Assembly (NCBI GenBank): GCA_009602735.1
Contig: WELA01003159.1
Coordinates: 440,251-460,250, forward strand
Length of the DNA stretch: 20,000 nucleotides
From: Mesotaenium endlicherianum
Lineage: Eukaryota
Direction: 5' to 3'
In this document: one piece after another, positions 1 to 11,037 of the stretch
How positions within the stretch are numbered: the stretch's first letter is position 1
Layout of the letters: every line of letters starts with the position of its first letter
Translations under genes and position numbers: made by a program
The notes under the pieces: generated by a model
Seen by the model: the letters and a program-made list of their open reading frames with translations, nothing else
What the model was told of the DNA's origin: nothing
Databases searched by the model: none

Positions 1-462
1 AATTTGCCACTCCTCTCTCAAGGGACCTACCAAACTTGCCCGGGACGCCAAAAAAGTGGCCCGCAAATTTTGGTGAAACCTATTATTGGTGCCCTTATTT
101 TCTGAACCCGGTATGTTCACAAACTATTAACCTCGCATTCCCTGCTATTTCGCGTATGAACGAAGTTACATCAAGCTAATTGTAGCGGCTGCAGAAAAGG
201 GGATTGTTACTTATGGCTCATTTCCGTGGAGGTTCCTTGCTGTTCCTTGCGGTTAATTCCTTTGCTCCTTAATTTTAAGCAGTCGTACCAATCTTAAGTC
301 TGGAGGCGCGGCGAACGGTTTATTTATGGGCCCATCAATCATTCACAGAGGGGAAAGAAGGAAGAAAGGTATGTAGCGAGAGGTTTGTTTATCCAAAATT
401 TGGCGTCCCGGGCGAGTTTGGCTCGTGAAGGCAGGTCACTTGAAAGAGGAGTATGGCAAATT
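1..462. mobile_element. Probable non-autonomous TIR DNA transposon (MITE-like), left arm probably cut by the window edge
   Basis: 1..52 (AATTTGCCACTCCTCTCTCAAGGGACCTAC-CAAACTTGCCCGGGACGCCAAA) aligns, with two indels, to the reverse complement of 399..462. GCAAATTTTGGTG also occurs at 63-75 and 456-468. No convincing coding sequence between the arms; true ends and target-site duplication not visible. Confidence 0.5.
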
Positions 463-2343
463 TTGGTGGCGAAATGGAGCAGGGGTGTGTCAGAAAGGGT
501 CGCGTGCGAATTTGTGAGACACGTCAGTATATCAAGTAGAGCCGACGTGGACAAGGCTTACATGCGCGAGGTGTAGTTTTGTTATTATTTTGAAACTGGG
601 GGTAGATTTTGTAATTTCAGGAACTTGTAGGTTTAGTTTTGCAATTTGCCCATTTGTATCTCGACTCTCGAGTTGCTTGGCCGCACAGACCGGACATGAA
701 GCAGCTACTGCTGGCTGCTTTTGGTAGTGGACTTTACACTCGTTGAATGCATACGTCATACGAGTCTTAAGTCTTAAGGAATTGAAAAAGGACAAAACAT
801 AGTTGGCAATGCAGGCATGCCCTTTAGCGTGTATTGCGTGGTCCTCCTCTTCTCGTCGTTCTCCTGAGGACTGGCTGTTCTTCACGCACATTGGCATGCT
901 TCACGACGGATATATGCTTCAAGACCGTCGCGGCAACGTTCAGTACTTGACGTTCGATATTGGCCTTATGATAGAGAGGAAAGTCTAACGCAGCGAAATT
1001 TGTATCATGCTGACGGTCTGTCTTCGAAAATTTATTCGGAGTAATTTTTGCAGACAGTCCTTTCTAAATCGCTCTGAGAAAAGTAGTATGAGGTAAACCT
1101 CGAAGCTTGCAACAGATTTTCTGCTAAGTAACCTGTGCTTAGGAATAGGGCACCCTTTCATTGCTCAAATTTGGACATACACTGGCGAGCCAATCACACA
1201 CGTAGGCGGCTACTCGGCACTCTCATTAAGCTGGGTAAGCTTTACAATTCATATACGTTGGTGGACATTTACTGGAGCGTTATTCAGGTTAAAAAGGACG
1301 TATTTAATAGGGCCATGTTGGAGCACGAGGATACTCATTGTGTATCAGCTGCAGCGAGTGCTTTCTCTCCTTCGTGTTTCAAGAGGCAGAGATTTTGGGG
1401 GAAATGTATGCTTCTGCTATATGAAGTTGTGGGGCCAGTCGCTGGAAAACGTCTGATGACATTGTGTCCTTCTCCGACAGTAGCAGCTTGGACAAGATAG
1501 GATGTGGGCTCGAGCGCCCCTTTGTTTTTTTGCCCCTTTTGCTCTTGGTTTTCTAATTTCCGGGAAGCAACAAAGCCGCTGCTTTGTCTTGTGGTCTACT
1601 ACCTGTCCTCAGAGGCTTGGAGGAAACATTTCACATGATCTGTCGACTGCAATGCCTGGCACACGAGTCCCTTGAGGCTTGGCGGCAGTGTTAGCTGGTG
1701 AGATTGACGCGGAGTGTGCAGTAACATGTTGATCATGCCTGTCTGGGCTGTTCTTATAGTCTTATAGTCCTACCACCCACATGAAATTCTTCAGAGGTAC
1801 TTGCTCTGCTGTGCCTGCTCGTGCAAATGTGAAGACTGGCAGAAAGCGACGATCGTCTCGGATACGTTAGGGCCGGCGTTCTCCTCACTCTGCTGACGCA
1901 TTTCCACCATGATGCATGACTCTGTGCGCATGGCCTGCAGATTGCACATTCACCCATTGAAGCCCGAATTTGTCAGCGGCCGTCGTGAAGGTTCGTGCCA
2001 CCTGGCTCTGAGAAGGCCCCTTCCCCAGCTAGCAGGCCCGACTCCGACAGAACGACAGACACAGAGAGAGCAAGGGCGAGATTGCGAGGAGCGAATCGAC
2101 TTTCCCTCGGCCCGTTGAAAGCAGACACGCAGCCCGGTCGCCCACTTGAGAGTGGGCGCGCACTTGAGCCCAGCTGCCTCGGTGTAGCCCTTGCTGTGTG
2201 ACGGGGCGCTGCGAGAAGTCAGCCAGCCCTGACACATGGAGAGACCGGCTCAGGCGGCTCCTTAGAAGGCCCCACCCCGTGCCAGCCGCCGCACTCAGCA
2301 GCAGCTAGGCTGGTGGCCCAGGTCCTCCTGGGCGCCCACGGCC

Positions 2344-2960
2344 ATGTTCATGCAAGCGCACGGCAGGCGACACCTGGCCGACGCACATCCGCTCCCCCAC
2401 ATGAGCAGCAGCACCCCGCTCTTCCACCCCCACCAGGCGCTGCTGCCCTGCTCCAGCTCCTCCAGCACCTCTTTGTGGTCCGCGCCCGACTTTCGCGCCC
2501 CCGGCCCCTCCATGCCGTCGCACGAAGCAACGTACGGCCTGCCGGGCGAGGAAGCGCCGTGGCACGATCTGGGCCGCAATGACACGGGCGGCGGCGGCGC
2601 GGGCCCCGCCCCCACATCAGCAGCCGCAGCAGCAGCTGCGGCGGCAAGCGCGCGCACGCTCCTCTTCCTCTGCGTGTTCCGGCACCGCCAGCACGCGGCG
2701 CTCCTGAAGAGCGTGCAGGTGAGCTCCGAGCGCGGGCGCATCACGTCCGTCTGCCAGCGCTTCACGCTGCTGCCTGGCAGCAGCCGCGCCGCCCCCATGG
2801 AGGACCCCATCACGTCGCTCCTCAGCAAGGACCTCGTGGGCCCCGGCCTCGTGGCCTCGCTCAAGCTGCTGAGCGACAACGACGGGTGGGACCTCCTGCT
2901 CGACTACGGCAGCCACACCGCGCCCGTCACATCCGTGCCCCCCCTGCTCTCGCCCTCCAT
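2344..2960 (+). CDS. RKD: RKD gene, probable first coding exon (N-terminal conserved segment LLFLCVFRH...PPLLSPS)
   Basis: ATG at 2344 in GCCATG context, open frame to donor AT|GTGAGC at 2961 (phase 2), which joins in frame to the acceptor ending at 3278. Start codon choice is uncertain. Confidence 0.75.
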
Positions 2961-5900
2961 GTGAGCACTCCCCCCCCTTCTCGCCAATACCCCCCCCGAC
3001 ACTTTGCTGCGTCCCTCAACTCAGTGGTCTGCTGCCGCCAGGTCGTGCCATGCTGTTGTGGCGAGCAGGACTCTTGGTAAATGCGTCCGGTCTTGTTGTA
3101 TTACGTGCTTTTGGCGTGTGATTCTCAGCACCAAGGCTCCATGGTGGACGTTTTGGACCAAAATTTGGCGAGCTGTCGCATGCACATCATGCTCATGCAC
3201 ATGCTGTAGAGTGATGATGGTCTGGCCTGCTCACATCGGTGCACCTGCTGCCCTGCTTGCCATCTGTCGCAACTGCAGCAACAAGGTGCTCGCCGTGGGA
3301 ATGCCTCTGCTGGCGCGGGACCTGGAGCTCGTGGAGAGCGTGGCCAGCCTGAACCAGCAGCAGCAGCTGTTGGAGCAGCAGCAGCAGATGGTGGAGAAGT
3401 TTTATCGGGCTCACGCGCTCCAGCCAAGCCTGGTGCACGAGCTCGCGGCCGCCCAAAACGTCCTTGCGCGCCATGCGCCAGGTGGCGATGCGCGCGTCGC
3501 CTCGCGCGACGAGACGATGTTTGAGGCTGCTCCTCCTCCTCCTCCTCCAGCAGCAGGACCCAGTGCCGTGCTGGCGCCGCCGCAGGTACATCGTTGTTGC
3601 CCGCTGTCATATCCTACGAGCGATGCTTCTGATCCGCGCGCTGCTCTCTGATGCAATCGCTGTGGGATGTGCACTCTTTCTCACAGCAATGGATCTGCAC
3701 GCCACGCGTGCTTGCGACACGTGTCAGTGCTCGTGCGGCATGGAGCATGACCCTTTGGGGGGGCCGACCATTGTGTGGTGCAGGCAGCAGCCCCAGAGGA
3801 CTCGCTCAAGGGCAGATCTGCTCCCATCAACACACCCATGGAGGTACATTGTCAACACCCCCCCCTCCCCCTGCCTCCTCCCCCTCTCCTCCCATCTGTG
3901 GCTCTTGTACCATCGCCTTGCCTCGTGGCAGAGCCTGCATGTGAGAGGCCCCTGCTCTCCAAGGTAGCCTGACGATTGCGGCTGCGATTTTGGCAGCGGG
4001 GGCGGCTTAGGGCCTGCCTGTCCGTGCTCTGCAGCAGCAGCCTGCGCCCCGCCCGGTGGTTCACTAGTGCGTGTCTCTTTTTCCTTTCCCCTGGGTGCCT
4101 TTGATGCAATTGCTCACCGTCCCCAATGTCGTTGATGACGATCCGATGCGTGCGCAGGACAACATGCTGCGCTTCATGGACGAGATGGAGAGGGCCAGGC
4201 AAGTGGCGGCACCACCACCGCCGCCGCTGCGGCAGCAGCAGCAACCGAGGGAGCTCAAGGGGGCCAAGGAAGGGGGGCTTTCGGCGCTCCAGATCGGCCA
4301 CCGAAAGTACGGGGAGGCCTCGGGAAACAACTCCGCCTCCGATCGCTTCCCCTTGCCGTGGGCTGCTATCTCCTCGCCCGCTTCTGCCTGTAAGAGCTGC
4401 CTGTCCTCTCCGCCCCATTGTGCGCCATTGCCGCCCTCTACTTTCTTGCCACTGGAGTAACCTTTCATTGCGCAGAGTGCTGCTCTCGCTTGCCCTTTTC
4501 TCGCGCACTCCCGCTCGCTCGCGTGTCTGACGTGTGGCTGGCCTCTTGCGCGCTGCTGCTGCTGCTTCCTGCCACTTGAATCTGATCGGCTGACTCTCGC
4601 TCTGGCGCTCAGACGCTGCGCAGCCCCCCCGGCATCAGTGGGGTGGCCCACTGACGACCCCAATCGCACCGATCCACAGTTCTGATGCCATGAATCTCTT
4701 GGCGTCTGTGTGTGTGGACACCACCTGTCGCCGTGCTGGCATTGGCAGCGCCGCTGTCGGGGAGCCCGAACTCGCTGCTGCAGCTGGGCCGGCCCTTCAA
4801 CGCCGTCGCGCTGGGCTCTTGCAGCAGCCCCTGCGCCTCCTCCTCCAACCTCAACCCCACGTTATCCGCGTCAGCCAGGAGCTCCCCCGCCGCCGCCGCT
4901 GGAGCGTCCGCCGCCGCTAGCGCCGCCATTGCTGCAGGAGGGAGCGGCGGCGGCGGGGCGCGCGGCCCACTGCCGCCCTCGCTGTTCTCGCCCGACCACG
5001 CGGCGCGGCAGCAGCACCAGCAGCAACAGCAGCACCTCCACCTGCTGCACTCGACGTCCTCCCTGGCCTCGCAGGATCCGGCGGCGCATTTCGCCAGCCT
5101 GGCAGCCTGGGGCCCCCCCTCGCTGTCGCCGTCGCTGCAGTTCTGCGACTCGCCGCACGGCAGCTCGCTGCGCCTGCGCTACATGCTGGAGTCGTTTGAG
5201 AAGGAGATCTCCCACCCCAGCGGGAAGGACGAGGCGCAGGCGCACGGTGGCAGCAGCGGCTGCCCTGGCGGCGCCGCCCTTGCGGAGGGCCTGAGGCACG
5301 AGAGAGGCCAGGTGGCAAACCGGCGTGCATCCGGCAGGGCAGACGAGCACCGAGCGCATGTCGAAATGTCCCAGCTGGGCCTCACCACCCAGCTGCATTC
5401 GCTACCCTCGCACAGGGGCAGCCATCTGCTGCACACTGAGAGGTTTTTCGAGCCGCCCTCCGCCCACAATGCGCCTGCCACGAGCCACCAGGGCTCAGCA
5501 CCTGTCACCTCCTGGAGCCCTGGTGCAACCGCGACTGACGGGCACTTTGGCGGCGCCGGCAGCCCGGGTCCCCTGCGGCCCCACATGAGCAGCGGCGGCA
5601 GCCTGGGCAGCCTGCACAGCCAGGCCCCGCGGAAGTCCCCCGCGTGTGCGCAGAGCTCCTGCTCCGGCATTGCCCGCGCGGCGAGCCCCCAGTCGCCCGA
5701 GAGCTCGTGGCCCAGCGAGGACACGGAGCTCGCGGACAAGGAGGACGAGGAGGAGGCGCACAACAGCGGCCGCGGCGGCGGTGGAGGCAACGGGGACGAG
5801 GAGGTCGAGAAGCTGACCTTTGGCTCTGGCGCGCCCGAGGACCCCCCCCCTGCGTGGCACCATCTGGAGAGCGGCAGCGCGCGTGAGCAGGCGGGCAGGC

Positions 5901-7538
5901 GCGCCCCCGGCCCCGCTGCTCCCGCGGCGGCTACGGCGGCTACGGCGGCTGCCGCGGCCAATGCTGCTGCGGCGCTTGCGGCGATCGCAGGGGGGCACGG
6001 GGCACCGAAGCTGTTGGATGTGGCGATCAAGCAGAGGTTGACAAAGTCCAAGTCATTGCGGGTCGCAAGGAGGAGCTCGTCGTCGCTCCTGACCGAGTCG
6101 GACGTGAGAAGGGCCGAGAGCGACCCTGGCGCGTCCACCATGGGAAACAGCCAGTGCAGCGGGCTGGAGGAGCAGCAGCTGCAGCTGGCCCAGGCGGCGG
6201 CTCTGGAGCTGCGCAGCTCCCCCTCGGGCAAGGCCGCCACAGAGCGGCTCGCAGAGATGGCCATGGACGAGCTCTCGCAGGTTGGTACACCCCCACATGC
6301 CCTCCCCCCCCCGACCGCCCCGCGCCAAGCCGCTCGACCCCGCCCTGCGCCGGGCCGGCTGAATTGCACTCTTCCTCCTTGTCTCCCCTCGTCCTTGCAT
6401 TGTCCTTGTATTGTCCTCCTTGTCATGTTCTTGTTCCCTCTTCTTCTTTCATGCCTGGCAAGCGGAGCGCTTCAGCCTACGTAAAAAGACAGCGCGCTTG
6501 AGCGGGCTCGTTCCTTACATGCATGCCGCGCGCCCGCACCGAAAGGGCGGAGAGAGGCCTGGAGGAGCCGACACGTGTCGTCATGCCATGGCATCTGACG
6601 GGCTTCTCTTCCGGCTGGCTGGCTGGCTGTGCGCGCAATCTGAGCAGTATTTTTTGATGCCCATCACGGCGGCGGCGAAGCGGCTGGGTGTTGGCCTCAC
6701 GGTGCTCAAGAAGCGGTGCCGCGAGCTGGAGTTCGAGCGCTGGCCGCACCGCATGTTGATGAGCCTGGACTCCCTCATCGCCAACATCCAGGTGGGTCGA
6801 TCAACCGCGCCTGCCAGCATGCGCCGCCCTTCTTTCCCGGCAGGGGCTTGTCCTCCACGACCTCCTTCTTGTTGTACGCAGAGAGGCGGCCGGCGCTCAC
6901 GGTCCGGGAGGAGTCTCGTCTGTCTGTTGGTTTGCCCGCATGTCTGCCTGTCAGGCTGTCAGGCCGTCTGAGAGCTCGGTGAGGCTGAACGTCCGACATT
7001 TGATATATATATATATATATATACGCGAGCTTTACGACACACGAGCCGGCGATTGCAGTCGTGCCTCTTGCGAACTGTGCGCCCTTGACGATAGCGTGAG
7101 CCTGCGTGATTGTGCCATCTGGCGCGCTCTAAGAGGTGCTGAAGAGGTGCTCTGGTTGCGCGCGCGCAGGACCTGGCCAAGGGGCCAGATGGCACGTCCT
7201 CGGAGCCCGTGCTGATTGCGGTGCAGGAGCTGCAGAAGCAGAGGGCCCTCATAATGACAGCCCCGGCACTGGGGCTAGGGTTCCGCACCAAACGCCTGCG
7301 CCAGGCGTGTTTCAAGGCGCAGTACAAGCGCAGGTGCCAGGCCAACGTGCAGGAACACCAGAGCTCCCAGGCGTCGCCATCTGGTGTCTCAAAGAACGAC
7401 GGGGATGGAAGGACCGGCCAGCAAGGCGGGGGCGAGGGTGAAGTGCGCGAAGAGGAGAGGGGAGGAGATGAGGCCAGGAGAGAAGAGGCGGAGGCGGAGG
7501 TGGAGGAATGCGGCAGCTTCATGCCTGAGCTCCTGTGA
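2344..7538 (+). CDS. RKD: RKD-family RWP-RK transcription factor, multi-exon gene (whole span; exons listed separately)
   Basis: Spliced reading ...[66 protein letters not shown]...[15 protein letters not shown]...[16 protein letters not shown] is an RWP-RK domain plus the C-terminal motif typical of RKD proteins; no PB1 domain follows, so not NLP. Phase-compatible GT-AG junctions; GC-rich exons. Internal exons between 3586 and 4783 are not fully resolved. Confidence 0.9.
3279..3585 (+). CDS. RKD: RKD gene exon 2 ([29 protein letters not shown]...APPQ)
   Basis: Acceptor CTGCAG|C at 3278/3279 (phase 2, restores ATC = Ile); donor CAG|GTACAT at 3586 (phase 0). Confidence 0.75.
3784..3843 (+). 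CDS. RKD: RKD gene, candidate 60-bp internal exon ([20 protein letters not shown])
   Basis: Acceptor GTGCAG|G and donor GAG|GTACAT, both phase 0. A further micro-exon ~3934-3963 ending AAG|GTAGCC is possible. Confidence 0.45.
4158..4357 (+). CDS. RKD: RKD gene, candidate internal exon ([16 protein letters not shown]...); 3' boundary uncertain
   Basis: Pyrimidine-rich intron-like sequence, then GCGCAG|GAC acceptor (phase 0) and coding-like composition. Candidate donors at 4307 or 4358, followed by a pyrimidine-rich stretch. Confidence 0.5.
4749..6280 (+). CDS. RKD: RKD gene, large low-complexity exon ending in the start of the RWP-RK domain; 5' boundary uncertain (4749 or 4784)
   Basis: Open frame of ORF 4712..6484 with polyQ/A/G/S tracts, ending [15 protein letters not shown] at donor CAG|GTTGGT (6281, phase 0). 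May hide an in-frame intron. Confidence 0.7.
6648..6791 (+). CDS. RKD: RKD gene, RWP-RK core exon (48 codons)
   Basis: Acceptor GAGCAG|TAT, donor CAG|GTGGGT at 6792, both phase 0; encodes [48 protein letters not shown]. Confidence 0.92.
7003..7023. repeat. (AT)10 microsatellite in the last RKD intron
   Basis: ATATATATATATATATATATA read directly. Confidence 0.95.
7170..7538 (+). CDS. RKD: RKD gene, last coding exon with the [10 protein letters not shown] motif and an acidic tail
   Basis: Acceptor GCGCAG|GAC (phase 0), in frame with ORF 7209..7538; stop TGA at 7536-7538. Confidence 0.88.
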   Translation, partial: DLAKGPDGTSSEPVLIAVQELQKQRALIMTAPALGLGFRTKRLRQACFKAQYKRRCQANVQEHQSSQASPSGVSKNDGDGRTGQQGGGEGEVREEERGGDEARREEAEAEVEECGSFMPELL

Positions 7539-10309
7539 GGCTGCAGCTACCTGCTACCAGCTGGCGCAGAGCAGCTGCAGCCTGCCAGCTGGCGCCACAG
7601 TATCGGGTTACTTAGGCCTGTCGGCGTGGTTGCACTGACAGAGGGCCATCTGGCGAGTCGACTTCCGTGAGGTGCACAGGCGGGCGCTGTCGTCACTCTC
7701 TCCTTGGGTCGGTGGAAGAATAAGCATGTTGGTTTTTGAAACATGTGGGCGACGGGGGACGACGGGCCTGCTAGGCGGGGGAACCATCGGGCTACTGCTG
7801 CTGATGCAGGTGCAAAACAATGTCAGAAAGGCGAGGTGGCCCATTTATTTGGCCCACCAGCAGCACGCTCGGGGAGCGGCCATGGGGAGGGCCGCACGGC
7901 TGTTGGCTTTTGATAAGTGGAAATGTATCTGTTTCTCTAATTTATATCAGTTGCATACACTAAATTATGGGGCATGTGTGCCCTTGCCTTTCCACTCTAT
8001 TTGTGGGCGATTTTATACATATGCATTTAGTTATATTCTGCATTCTTTCTGCACGAGATAGCCACCTCGCGCATTTTTTCTACTAGCTGTACTATAGATA
8101 GTGTTTATTTTGTATGTAGATGGATACATTATAGAACAGATTACTCATACATAGGAAAGTAGACCATTTACAGCAAGAAGGGGATCAAGGGGATCTTGGC
8201 CGGTATGTGAAGGCGTTCTATGTTATATTGGAGGAGAGGGGGACGCGTGCGGGGGAAGAATGTAGCTCACACGGTAGCATACATATCGCGATGCACATTC
8301 GCTTGCTGGTGTCGTGTGACGCCACGTGCATAAGAGAGGCCGCAGCATGCGGCTGCACACCAAGTGTCAGCTTCAAATGTGGTTTCCTCGTGAAACAGTG
8401 CCCCAAAGATTGGGGGGGGGAAATGAAAGCTATTCGGAGTGTCAACCATTCTCCCATCAGTTGCAGATCTGATTGACGATGAAGCACAACTCCTCTTCCT
8501 GGTCGCGACATCCTATGCTCATCCTGGGTCTTTGCAAGAGAGAACGTGTTGTGGTATTTGTATGAAACTGGTCCACTTTTGGTGGGCAGCACTCTCTCCC
8601 TCTTGACATTTCTGAGCCAACAAAATTGACCCATCATAACCACTCATGACACCCACAAACGAGACTCCAGTGGCTTTCCTAGTCCCCAACTGCGTGAGAT
8701 TCCGCGACTTCGTGACTTTCAAGAAAATAGGATTGCACTTGTCATAAAAGCAAGGGCGCAAGCAGGTGGTCAGATGTCTCCATGTCACGGCCAACTCCCG
8801 TGAGCCAACTCATGACCCTATACTGCATGCAGACCATCCTGTTACATATAAGTGAAGATGGTAGTTGCAATGGTATGTAAAATTAAGGTAATGCTTGATG
8901 TCAGGCCAGGAGGAGCACATGGAAGAAACATATGCAAATTCACTTGCCACGAAAGTGATCTTCCATGACGCACGCAATTACATTTCTCATAAATCTACGC
9001 AATACTGAACCTCCATACCGGCCATGTTCATTACGAAGAGCAGCAATGGTACACAACTTAAACTGCGACCATGTGCAAAGAAATACAAGAAGTAATTATC
9101 AGGTTCAAAATGGTTATCATGCTTAATCATATTCATATACAACGGCCAAACTGAACCAGCACGCTGAATAGACAGGATGTACTTTGCAGGACTAGTGCAG
9201 GACTAATATGGTACATATGCTATGCATCAGACATGCACCTGGTAAGAGGCTACTACTATTCCTTTTTAAGTAACAATCGACTCGATTTAAAAACTACATC
9301 ATCTGATAGTGTACCAGAAACTGCTAGTAGATGAGTAAGTGCAGTTACATCTGCCTGAGTATTAACTTGCCTAATTATCAGCCATGATTGCGATAAGATA
9401 CAGTAGTCCCCAGCTTCATGGGCAATACATCTCTTTACAGCATTGCAAACTAACTCCGTGTATGGTCAACACACCTGGAGTCCATCACATATTTTTCGCA
9501 GCCACTCAGGCGCCTGCTTGAAGCTACCCCTATAGCAAAACGCATTTTGCCTGACAAGTTTTCGAATAGTCTTCGACACCCTCAAGCTATTTGCTACTTT
9601 GTGGAGCTCAACTTCACCAGTCGATATAACTTTATGCCTACCTAATATACCAGTCACCTTGTGCTCAACACATGCCTCACTCTTCTTTGTCAATTGATCA
9701 ATGGCGATGACCTCAACTCTCGCCTGAGACATCCGTGTGGACCAGATATCGACCTTGTAGTCTGTACTTGGCCTGGAGCAGCCTGGAGTCTGGACTCTGG
9801 ACTGGTCTTCTCCCTTGCTCGCACACTTCTCCCACGAACCTAGAAGCCAGCGACTGACAGTGACTCTTTATCACTTCGCATCACACTTTCCGAACTGTTC
9901 GCAGCGGTTCCGACTCCCGAATGGAGTGGTCTGGGGTCTGGACTCTGGAGGTCCCCTCTGGGACGTCTGGACTCTGTACTTGCAGCAGTTGCGACGCAGA
10001 ATTCTCTTAATCGATTCTACAGAATGATTGCAGCACGGTGGGGCACCGCAGTTATGTAGTCTGTGAACTGTGCAGTGTGCAGGGTGAAAGTGTGAAGCGG
10101 TGGAGAACGCGTTTGTCTCGACCCGATCTTCACAGATCTTCACCTCGCAGAGGATAGAATCAACGACGCGGCGAATACACACTTCTGTCCGCTTTCGTGT
10201 CCTTTCGTCACCTTCGGCCAAACTTCCTGCTTCCGTCAGCTAGCGCATTCTGATCGTCTTGCGTTGTGGACTTTTTGCGTGCTTCTTCGTGCTTCGAGTG
10301 TCGGGCTGA

Positions 10310-10397
10310 TTCACGGAAACAGGATGTGTACGTTGTAGTTGTATTGCACTCCTTCACGGAAACAGGACGTGCACGTTGTAGTTGTATTGCACTCCTT
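10310..10397. repeat. Tandem duplication, 2 x 43 bp
   Basis: TTCACGGAAACAGGA(T/C)GTG(T/C)ACGTTGTAGTTGTATTGCACTCC at 10310-10352 and 10353-10395; two T/C differences. Confidence 0.95.
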
Positions 10398-10484
10398 ACT
10401 GTAACCAGGTGCAACCGCTTTTTAGTTTATTAGGCCACGTCGAGTATCCTAATTTCCCAAGTCTCTCAAATTTGGTAGGAAGTA

Positions 10485-11037
10485 TGTCGCGACTCATCCA
10501 TTTCACGGCGCAACACGCGTGACGCAAGTCACGGCCGCCCAGGTACGTAAAGCCAACGTTAACTCGTCTACCAAATGACTTGCAGTTGCACACTCAGCAT
10601 TGAAAGTCAAAGTCCAAGTCACGCGAAAGAGTGACAGCAACAAGTCAAAACCAACACTGTGATGGGTGGGGTTTGACGGCCAAGTCATCTGGTAATTTGA
10701 CCATGTTAGGACCAGCAAAGCGTCCGCGCCAGCGGATGCCAAGAAAGGCATCGCTTACTGAGCAAGCCACCCTGGCAAGAGCCAAGCCAGGTGAGGCTGT
10801 GTGAACAAGCCACCTCAGCCATGGACCTGTAGTGAGACTGCCACGACTTAAGCAGCCACCTCATGCGACATGGGCTCTAAGGCCACATAGGCGTGCACGC
10901 TAATCGAAAGGGGCGATTGCAAGAACAACATGCATGGTGAACGCTTTGACTAAGCTTTGGAATTCTCGAGAGTGAATGGCGTGCGTGGTGCCTGGGTACG
11001 GCACGAGCCTTGCACGAACTTGCCTCGTTCTTGCCTC
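10485..11037 (+). repeat. Dispersed repeat copy A (probably transposon/LTR-derived, family unknown)
   Basis: Collinear by eye with 12569..13199. Shared blocks include GCGTGACGCAAGTCACG, AAGTCCAAGTCAC, GTGATGGGTGGGGTTTGAC, GCCACCCTGGCAAG, GGCCACATAGGCGTG and GGCACGAGCCTTGCAC. Confidence 0.85.

Noticed and set aside
532..897. 121-aa minus ORF with CxxH...CPVC, a possible zinc ribbon
   Set aside because: Short, no other recognisable motif, adjacent to repeat sequence; cannot be distinguished from chance.
2295..7522. Many long overlapping or antisense ORFs across the RKD gene (e.g. 5179..6426 -, 3852..4508 -, 2295..2879 -)
   Set aside because: Expected shadows of GC-rich coding sequence with few stop codons; low-complexity translations with no motifs.
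10518..10533. Conserved hairpin as a Helitron 3' end
   Set aside because: No CTRR terminus about 10-12 nt downstream on either strand in both copies.
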